Under the pieces are notes generated by a model. That model was not told the DNA's origin. It saw only the letters and a list, made by a program, of their open reading frames with translations, and did not search any database. Below are positions 12,983 to 22,600 of a stretch of 40,773 nt of DNA, piece after piece. How positions within the stretch are numbered: position 1 is the first letter of the stretch; each line of letters opens with the position of its first letter. Both the position numbers and the translations under genes were made by a program. The DNA is from Salpingoeca rosetta (taxonomy: Eukaryota; Protista; Choanoflagellata), in assembly GCA_033442325.1 (NCBI GenBank), contig JAWQFM010000011.1:1-40773 (forward strand). The letters are read 5' to 3'.

Positions 12983-13560
12983 CTGTGTCAGCATCGTGGA
13001 TTGACGAGGAGGAATGTGATGGACGAGCCAGGGCATGCGACACAGCAAGCCGTTGCCACCCAACACCCACCACCGTACCACATCTGGAACGGACAGCGTG
13101 GTTGTGTCCACCGCATTTGCGGCTGAATCGACGATGAGGATGGATGGCGAGTTGCATGGAATGCCGTGGCAGGAAAAGGTCATTGTCCGCAGCCACGCCG
13201 CTGATCCACTTGCATCCGCCGTGTCGCAGCCCACCAAGCATGGTGGTGTCTGCTGTGTTCGTGCTGCGATCAGTGGTCAGACCCGTAGAGGAGGGTGTTG
13301 TGAGACAGCCAGCACGCCGTCTGCAGTGCCCACATGGCTCAACCGGTTTGCAGACTGTTGATGGTGGTCGTGTCATCCACTGCTGCTGTCGCTGCTGTTG
13401 TCACTGCTGTTGCTGTTGTTGATGGGCTGATGATGAGCACAGAGGTGGTGGGAGTTGTATCACAGGGACGGATGCCGTAGATGAGGCCGTTGCTGGCGAC
13501 GACGCCACCTAACCCCCAATCGCAGTTGCCACTGCCCTTGCTGAGTGCATCTTGGATGCT
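12983..13560 (-). pseudogene. Remnant of a protein with ~45-aa 'WxGGVLAxNGLIYGIPxNxxSVLIIDPxTNTADTTT' repeats (probably beta-propeller blades)
   Basis: Minus-strand translation across frameshifts gives four decayed units: WGLGGVVASNGLIYGIRPCDTTPTTSVLIISP; DTTTINSLQTG*..DGVLA..HNTLLYG; TNTADTTMLGGLRHGGCKWISGVAADNDLF/HGIPCNSPSILIVDSAANAVDTTTL; WYGG/VLGGNGLLCRMPW..FLLVNP. It ends at a CAG|GTAGGT donor (12983/12982). Confidence 0.7.
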
Positions 13561-13933
13561 GTTGCCAGACGGTGGGCTGACTGACAGTGTTTGTGGCTTT
13601 TGTCACACATGAATGCAACGGGCAAAGAATGAGACTGGTTTATGGTTGTTCACTGCCTGCTTGCTGGCTGGCTTGCCGTGCTTTTGTCCCGGTCGCAAGC
13701 AGCACAGCAGCTGTTACCCCTCTTCCCTTTCGTTCCTCCACGCAGAGCACTGCTCCTTATCAAGCTGTTCGCCCCCGCGTGTGCGTGCCTGTGCGTGCCT
13801 GTGCATGTCTGTGTCTGTGCGTGCTTGTGCGTGCTTGTGCGTGTGCGTGTGCCTTGGTGGCTGTGTGCTGTGTGTGCTGTTCAGCCACTGTGGCGAGCGT
13901 CGTCTCAAGCTCAAGTTCAATGCACCAAGATGA

Positions 13934-13935
<2 letters not shown>

Positions 13936-13970
<35 letters not shown>

Positions 13971-13986
13971 TGTGTGTGTGTGTGTG

Positions 13987-14017
<31 letters not shown>

Positions 14018-14092
14018 GTCTGTGTGTGTGTGTGTGTCTGTGTGTGTGTGTGAAGCGGCTTGCGTGCGCATCCGTGTGTGTGTGTGTGTGTG
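13936..14092. repeat. Interrupted (TG)n microsatellite between the divergent pseudogene clusters
   Basis: Directly visible; representative of dozens of (CA)n/(TG)n tracts in the window. Confidence 0.9.
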
Positions 14093-14154
14093 CATTAATG
14101 TATGCGACCAGCATTCACTCCCCCCTCCCCCACCCAACACACACTTTTATCCAG

Positions 14155-14819
14155 CCTTCCTCCGACTGCAATGAGCCATGCACGGGGGCGTCCACCGAGA
14201 TGTGCGGAGCAGCCAATCGCATGAACATCAATCCGGGCAAACTATTCCGGCAAACCCGTTCCCAACAGGTGATTCCAACACACACACAGACACACACACA
14301 CACATAACCACCCACTCAGCTCATACGTGTCTGCTGTTGCATCTTGCCTCATCAGGCCATGCGTGCCTGTCTGCAGCGACGAAGGAGTTGCCGTTCTGCG
14401 CTAACACGAGTCTGTCCATCGGTGCCCGCCTCCACGACCTCATTGGACGCCTCAGTCTTCAGGAAAAGGCCGGTCTCATTGGCCCTGATCCCGTCACCAG
14501 CCCATGTGCCTTCCTTGGCGATGGCGTCAAGAGGTGAGAAAGGACATTCAGCCCACGCAGTGACTTGTGACTCTGTCTGCTTGTGTTTCCTTCCTCACTT
14601 CTTCGTGCCACAGCGGCATCAACCGCCACCACCACTGCTCACACAGCAACACCACCTCCCTCTTCATGCTCACATGTGTGCGTGGGTTGCAGGCTCGACA
14701 TTCCGCCGTATCTGTATCTGGTGGAGACGAATACGGCCGTTGCCGCTGCGTGCATCAGCCAGGACAAGTGTGCCACCACCTTCATTGGCCCCACAGGGTC
14801 TTGGCGCAGCCTTCAACCG

Positions 14820-14890
<71 letters not shown>

Positions 14891-15539
14891 CTACGTCTGC
14901 TATGTCTTCTTCTTCTTGATCAAAGCTACTGTCGTTCATTCCCTCCGTCCTCGTCCCGCCACTGGTCCTTCGCTTCCAGGTCATATCCACGGAGATGCAC
15001 GCCTTCAACAATCTCAACTGGCACAGGCGCGGCGGCGTCTTGCAGAAGATCGGACTCGCAGGTGTGCCCTGCATCACGTGTTGCTGATGCTGGTGCATAT
15101 CCCACACCCATGCGATCACTCTACAACAGTTGCACCCATGCCACCAACCCCCTTCACACTCACCCCCACTCACTCACTCACTCACTTTGCAGGCCCACCC
15201 ACTCATCTTCACTGCACCCCTCTCAACCTCTGAGATCCCTTCTTGAGCGGCGAGGATGCTGCTGCTTACTTGGCCGGCTGCCAGAACGGCCCAGACAGAA
15301 AGTACAAGAAAATGGCAGCAGGTACACACACGCATCCACACTCACACACATGTGTATGCAAACGCGCACAACCGTGTCAGCGACGCTGCCTCATTTGCAC
15401 ACTTGGTGGTGGTCGTGTCATTTACACTGCTGTCACCGCTCCATCGCATTTAGGTCTCAGGCACATTGACGCGTACTCGGTCGAGACAAACCGCATGGCA
15501 TTCAACCGGAACATCTCCACCTTTGATCTCTGGGACACC

Positions 15540-15597
<58 letters not shown>

Positions 15598-16100
15598 GTG
15601 TGTTGTCAGCTCGTGTGCAACCCATCAACATTTCTTGTCAGTTCATCCACGTCACCATGCCTGCGCCATCCCCCCACCTCCCACTTCCTCATCTTCATCC
15701 CGCTCCCCGCTGCCATGTGTTTCATGTGCAGTACAAGCGCGGGCACTCACTGCCATGTGCTCGTACCCCAACATCAACGGCGTGCCCTCTCCGTGTGCGA
15801 ACAACATGCTGCTCAACGACGTCGTGCGCAGGCAGTGGAAGCGTGACATGGTGACGATTGGAACTGACTGCGGTGCGATTTTCAAACATGGTTGTCGCGA
15901 ACAAGCACGCCCGCGACTTTCGTCGACGCCGTCGCAAAGACGCTGAACGGCGGCGCGGACATGGAGCTCGGGGAGGCATACTTCACCACAAACGGCTACT
16001 TGGAGCAGGCTGTGAAGCACAACCGCACGACAAGCGACACGGTGAACAACAACGCCGTGCGCCGGGTCCTCAAAGATAGCTTCATCACGGACCAATGGTA
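14155..16100 (+). pseudogene. WSC-like domain plus glycoside hydrolase family 3 (beta-xylosidase-type) N-terminal domain remnant
   Basis: Approximate exons: 14155-14268 (SDCNEPCTGASTEMCGAANRMNI, WSC C-terminal pattern), 14356-14533 (PFCANTSLSIGARLHDLIGRLSLQEKAGL..GVKR), 14693-14821 (LDIPPYLYLVE..ATTF..LGAAFNR), 14980-15061 (VISTEMHAF), 15193-15321 (SGED..YLAGCQ..KYKKMAA), 15454-15541 (LRHIDAYSVETNRMAFN..FDLWDT), 15731-16100 (AMCSYPNINGVPSPCAN..QW..GTDCGAI; KTLNGGADMELG). TDCGAI matches the GH3 nucleophile motif. There are several frameshifts and no C-terminal GH3 domain. Confidence 0.85.
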
Positions 16101-16120
16101 CGTCGACTTGTGCTGGCTTT

Positions 16121-16179
<59 letters not shown>

Positions 16180-16310
16180 TGTCCTCAAAGCCTCATATGA
16201 GTGCTGTGACCTTGAGAAGATGAAGCAGTCCACGGTTCCTCAATACTCACAACAGTGTTTTCATTGCCTCTCACCCCATGTTCCCCTCCACCTCCACACC
16301 CTCCCCTCTA

Positions 16311-19000
16311 GACATCGATGAGTGCACGGTCTGCGGATTCAAGTCTCACCTCCAGTAACGGCCGCTGCATCAGCGAGTGCCCCGACGATGGCGAGTATGA
16401 GCTCAGCAACGGATGTGCCAAGTGCCACTCCACCAGATGCCACCAACTGCCTCCTGTGCGACGGCAAACTCATCAGTCGCGCATTGCCGATTGCCCTCTC
16501 AACTACTACGCCAAGGACCACCGCTGCGTGCCATGCACTAGGTGTGGCATGGGCACCTGGGCCTCCACCCCATGCTCCTTGTCCTCCGACACCGTCTGCT
16601 CCCCATGGACCGAGTACAAGCCTGGCCAGAAGGAATCTGTTTCTGACAACGCCGTGCGCGACCGCGCATGCGTGAGCTGCACCCTTTGGTACGGAGTACC
16701 AGCCGCTGCCGGAACGCGCCTCGTGCTTCCCCACCAGCGTGTGCGAGGAGCCCTTCATCGAGACCATCCCGCCCACGCTCACCACGGACCGCCTGTGCTC
16801 CTGCGACACGCTCACATGCAACAAGCTCGTCACGCAGTTGTTTGAGGAGATGGTGCGTGCCGAGCACACGGACGAGCAACTCGACGTGGTGCTTGACGTG
16901 TGCAGCTCCGACCCGGGCGAGGATGGCATCCGCGACACCATTCGCCAGAAGGCACGCCGCCCCTGCCCAGGCTGCACAGACACGTGCGAGTGCAGCGCTG
17001 GCTTCATCCTCGTCTACGACGCCGATCCAGCCGACCGTCGGCCGTGCGACAGCGTGACGGAGTTCTCCCCATCCATTGGCGGCAGCAAATGCGAGCTCAT
17101 TGAGGAGTGCGAGCGCGGCCAGGAAGAGGTCTCCGCGCCAACCTGCTGTTCCTCGGACCGCGTGTGCCACGACTGCTCGGCCGGCACCATCGACGAGGAC
17201 AGCGACGGTCCCACGGGTTGCCAGATGTGCCCCGCCAGCCACTACACGAAGGTGGGCTCCCACGGCTCCTGCTCCAGCTTCACCTGCCGCACCGGCTCAC
17301 GACCACCACGACAGCGACCCCGCCACCGTCGACGAGGCGTGCCGCTCCGTCATGCAGTGTGACCCGGATGAGGAAGAGATTCGCTATGCGAACCCACACG
17401 CCAGCACGACCGCCTCTGCCGCAAAGTGCGTCCAGGACACGTGCGTGCCCGTGTCGCGTTGCGCGGCCTCAGAGTACATTTCCACGCATGGCCGTGAGCA
17501 AGTGCGAGTTGGGCACCTTCCAGAAGCCAGGCGCCCACGCTCGACTCTGACAGCGAGTGCACGGAGTGCTCCGAGTGCCCCAGTGGTCGTTTCGAGATTC
17601 GCGCCTGCTCCGCGCTGGAGGACGTGCAGTGCGCCGGCTGCTCCGCGTGCCCGCCAACCACATACATCCTGCGCGCCTGCGACTCGGGAGACCGATGTGT
17701 CGTGCCAGCAGTGCAGCACGTGCTCTGATGAGCAGTACTGCAGCGCGCCATGCACCGCCATCAGCGACACGGAGTGCACGACGCTCGGCGTGTGCCACCA
17801 GGACCAGTTTGAGCTGTTCCCCACCGCCACGCCGACCACCGACCGCATCTGCCGCGACCTGACCCAGTGCAACCCGTCGACGGAGTACGAGCGCACCGCC
17901 TGTGCCACCTCATCGCCAAGTGCGACCCTTGTGAGCAGCGCATCCGCGCGCCCACCTCCACCTCCGACGCCAAGTGCGAGCCGTGCCCCATCGGCACTAT
18001 CGACCACGACCGCAACCCGCTCACCGCCTGCCTGCCGTGCCCTTACGGTTACTATGTGCCTGAGGGCTCCAGTGGCTCCTGCGAGCAGTTCCTGTGCCCA
18101 GCCGGCACCCCCGACCTGGACCGCAACCCCAGCACACGACGTGTACGCCGTGCATACCGTGCCAGGTTGGCGTGGACTTTGCCGCCCTCTCTGGCCAGCG
18201 TGATTGCACGCCTGTGCCGGAGTGCGACCTCGGCTACGAGGAGGTGGTGCGCCCTACTATGCGCCCCACCATCTTCACCGACCGCCAGTGCCACCGCTGC
18301 ATCGAGGGCTGGTTTTGCCACCACAGCAACACGGATGTCTGCACGCGCGTGTCGCCCTGCGAGCCTCGCTCGTTTGAGACGGCTGCGCCCACCATCAGCA
18401 CGGACCGCGAGTGCCAGATGGGCCACACGTGCCCCAACAACACCACGTTCATCTCACGCCTGCTCACGCCCACGACGCAGAACCACAGGCATCTACTCGC
18501 CGTGGACACAGTGCCTGTCAAACAAAGTACGAGCTCGTTGCGCCGTCGCTGGTCAACGACCGCGAGTGCCAGCGCGTGCGCTCGTGCCAGAGCACGGAGT
18601 GCGAGGTGTTGGCGCCCACGGCCACGACGGACCGCCTCTGCGCCACCATCAGCGACGCAGTTTGAAGCGCTCCCACCCTGCGTGTGTGCCTGCGTACTCT
18701 GTCTCGCTCGACTTTGACGCCAAGTTCAACGCCCATGCCGGCACGCAGTCGGGTCGCGAGGCGTTTGAGGCCGCGCTGGTGCAGTCCATCAACACGACCC
18801 AGGACGCGTCGCAGATTCATTCTGCGCATCGACCTCCGTCAGGGCTCCATCATTGCCACTGTCGCCTCCCTGAACGAGGACTTAACGGCTCGCCTCTTCA
18901 ACCGGTCCGTCTCTGGCGACATCACCGTCATGGGCTTCACCGCGTCAAAGTGCAAGGCCGACGAGTTCCTGGAACCTCGTCTCTTTGGTTGCACGGGTGC
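16311..19000 (+). pseudogene. Cys-rich TNFR/furin-like repeat surface protein remnant with SEA-like segment
   Basis: Begins after acceptor CTCTAG|ACATCGATGAGTGC. Cys-rich repeats (CVPCTRCGMGTWASTPCSLSSDTVC; PTLTTDRLC; CQQCSTCSDEQYCSAPCTAISDTEC; CEPCPIGTIDHDRNPLTACLPCP) switch repeatedly among all three + frames. An SEA-like stretch lies at ~18690-18940 (YSVSLDFDAKF..FEAALVQSI../ILRIDLRQGSIIATV). No signal peptide or TM segment is retained. Confidence 0.8.
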
Positions 19001-19642
19001 ACACGCGATCCCACCCATCACACACAGCAACTGCTGCAGCCGCTCACACGCACGCATGCGCGCTTGCAATTCCACGTCGGTGCCGCATACCCCACCAGGA
19101 CAACAACAGCAGCCACCATCATCGCACCTGTTGTGATCGAGTGCTGCCAGTACACACCACCCTCACCTCCCACATCTTCATCATCATCCCAGCACTGCTG
19201 CCACCACCACGAGCAACGGCAACAGCCACGCATGGCTGTGTTGCACCTCTACCTCTGTGTCAGCTGAAACGTCCCGTGATGTGGTTTGCATCCCCGCGTT
19301 AGTGTGTGGGATGGAATGGCTCGCTCGCTTGTGTGTTGTTTGTGCTGCCTCAAACACCCATGCTGCACCTCAGCATCACATCGCATACACACAAACATGC
19401 AGTCGCTGATCATTCAGTGCATAACGCGGTGCTTTACTCAAAGGAACCAAACACAAGAAGAACGAAAAGGAGAAGTAAAAGAAGCAACGTGAAGCCACAC
19501 AACACACGCACCCTCCACCCTGAACTCTCTCAACTAGCAACATGTATCCAAACACAACACATACGCAAAAAGGCGCCCCAACCCCCCCCCCCACACACAC
19601 ACACGGCACCACAACCAGCAGCAACAACCCAACGTCAGTGTT

Positions 19643-22600
19643 TCACTCTGCTGTGCGAGGCATCCGCTTGCAGATGCGCTCGAGCTCGCTCTGATCGATT
19701 GTGTGAGAAAGTTGATGAAGTTGTGGGAGCAGCAAGGCATGCTTGCGCGACTCTGCCGTTGGGAGGAGAATTTCGTCCACTTCCTTCTTCATCCCCTCAT
19801 GAGGCTTGCCGTCAATGCCGTTGAATTGCGTGTCTCCGTTGAGCAACCGCAGTGCGGCCACAGCTGCAATGGGCAATGCATATCGCTCACGGTCTGCCGG
19901 CTCTGTTTGAATGTTCAAGGATAACACACCAGGAACGGCTTCATTCTCGCTCATTTGCAGTTGAGAAAGATGGATAAGCGCAGGCACCTCTGTGTAGTGA
20001 CGCTTGTGCCGTGCTGACGCCCCGACCTTGGGGTCCACTGCACCCCACAATTCCTCAGCTTGGTAGATACGCACGAGGTGCTCTGCATCATATTGCGTCA
20101 GAATGACAACACCGCGCTTGTTGGGGTACACCAACAGCATGTCGACCGGCAACAGCTCCGGTGGCAGCGGCGCTTCATCACCGTCCAAGCGTCGGTACCA
20201 AGCAGACCTCACTGAAGGCCGTGCATAATTGCACGTGCAGTAAATGGGGACACCAACGTCGGCCCAGGCAATGGTCTGCAGTCGTTCATCAAGAATACTC
20301 TGCAGCGTCAAAAACCCAAGCACGTGCACGCTTGGGTCGGGCTGTCGCAGCACACACTCAAACTTCCATGGCTCTTCGATCGTGGAAATGGCTTGGGGCT
20401 TCTCAGACTGCTTTTCTTGCTCCTGCTCTCGCACACGCTCCAGCTCGCGTTCGCACTCCTGGTCAGCGGCACCAGCCTCGACTTCTCTGACGCCAAACAC
20501 CTCACAGAGGTCCAGTATTTGAGTGAAAATGGGATCACTGCCTTCGTCTGCGACTGTTTCAGTCGCTGCATCTCCCACGATATCAGCTCTCAGCTTTTGC
20601 ATCAATTTGGCCGTTGGCTCGGCAATTCGCGCACACTCGTACAAAACCTCCAGGCCAAGCTTTTCTGGCTGCTTGGTGAGATTTGGGACGCGCTTGGTTG
20701 CGCCAAACGCAGTTCCTTGTGCCGCCCACAATGTCAGGTGATTCTGGCTCGCTGCGATCGTGTTGCTCACAATCCACTGCAACACATGCGCTGTCTCGAT
20801 TGACTGACTGCTGCCCTTCTTAGCAGCACCTGAAGAGGCGTTGCCTTGCGCTCCAAGCTGGCTCTCCCGGACCAGCTGCTCTGCTTGCTTGCTGAGCAGC
20901 AGCACAATCTTCTGTCCGCGGCCAAGCTGACGCAGCCGACCAGCGGCTTGCATCAGGGCATCCTTGCTGAGGCCAGGGCTGATGGTCAGTGCTGCCGTTG
21001 CGGTTTGCTTCAGCTTCAAGTCTGCGCCACGACATTGATGCTGGTCAAAGAGAACCAGCGCGTCTCGCTCGCGGATGGGGGCACTCGCCCTGGGCCACTT
21101 CTCGCCGTGGCAGCTCTTCAAGTACCAAGCGACGCCCTCTTGATCGCCACGCTCAGAGTATGCAACTGCAGTCGGCACTGCGGTCCCTTGCAGCTGCTTT
21201 TCTTGGAGCTTCTCCAGCAGCTTGTCCACGACGTGGTTGTTGTTGACCCCCGCTAGGAGTGCGCCCGCATCAATGATGGCGTCCACCTTCAGCTCCAGCG
21301 CTTGATCCAGCACCGCCTCCCACATGTCCACGTCAGGGTTGCCAGACACCACCTCAATACCGACAACGTCGCTCAGCAAGCAGCTAACCATCTTGCCGTT
21401 GGTTGCTGCAACCTCACGCAAATGCTCGTCAAGACTTGTGCTATGAGACAAGTCCAAAGGTGCGACGTGCGAGGGCAGCAGCATGTTGTTGTCGTTTGTG
21501 CCAGAGAACCCGCACTGGCGGTGGACGCGGTCACTGGGTGGGCTGTCATGTGCAGGCCACTCGCGGTCAGTGTCTGTGATGCTCCACGGTGTCTTGGTGA
21601 GGCGAGATGGGTACTGCCGCATGTCTTCCTGCATCACAACAGCGTTGACCCAGAAGAACACGGTCTCCATGTTGCCAGAGTAGTACTTTCGCAACAACTG
21701 CCATTGCTCTGCGCTTGACAAGTCCAGCTTCGATTCTCTGTCCAGCAGCTGCACGTGCTTTGAATACGTCGCATTCTCAGCGTCCTTCGCGTCCTCGGCA
21801 TGTTTTGTGTTCCGAGCGTGCTTAGCGTGCTTTGCGTCCTCCTCTTCCATCTTTGACTTGCTTCCTGCAAACCAGCGATTGTAGTGCAGCTCACGCTGTG
21901 GCTGTGGCAGCTCAAGAAGTTTCTTCACAGCTTCTCGAAGCTCGTGCTCTTGGAGCCCGCGCTGTAGAAAGGAGATGTGCGTCAAGCAGACGTTGGTTTC
22001 AATGTCCACAAACTCGGCTCGCTCTGATGGCGTGTCGTTGGCGCGAAACGGAACAGCGACACGCTTGTTTCGCCTCTCAGCAATCCCAAAGTGAACACGG
22101 TGGCGCTTCTGCAACGTTGCAAACAGCTTCCCCGTGCTCAACAGCCCGCGTAGGGCGAGGATGTCCAGCTTGTGGTGCTGGATCCACTCTTGCCGCGTAT
22201 CATCCGTTGGTACTTCTGTGGTGTCAGCATCCGTGGCGTCGTCAGGGACCAAGGCTTCGCGAGATTCGGATGGAGTCCTCCCATGCAGTTTGGGCGCGTG
22301 ATGTTGACGTTGCGCCGCCATGGCAAAGGTTTTCTTCACATTAGATGACGTTCCTGACGCCTCGTCTGGGCGGCCTTGGCGTTTCTGCTTTGGCTTTGGT
22401 GGTTGCGAAAATCGGGCGAGGAACTGCTCCCATCCCATTTCAGCAGTGGTGGCGAAGGCAATCACACACGCCCTCTCGTGGTGCGTCAACTCCCGCATCC
22501 AGTCCAGTTCCTCTGGCGGGTTGTCGAGCAGCCGTCGCACCACCTCCTTGTGCATCACCGGCAAAGCCTTGGTGAGTGACTTGCCGGATATCAGCTGCAG

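Noticed and set aside
10157-19000. Frameshifts explained as general sequencing error
   Set aside because: The adjacent 10.4-kb ORF and all 16 KATNIP exons are indel-free, and the remnants are also truncated. A local quality drop cannot be fully excluded without reads.
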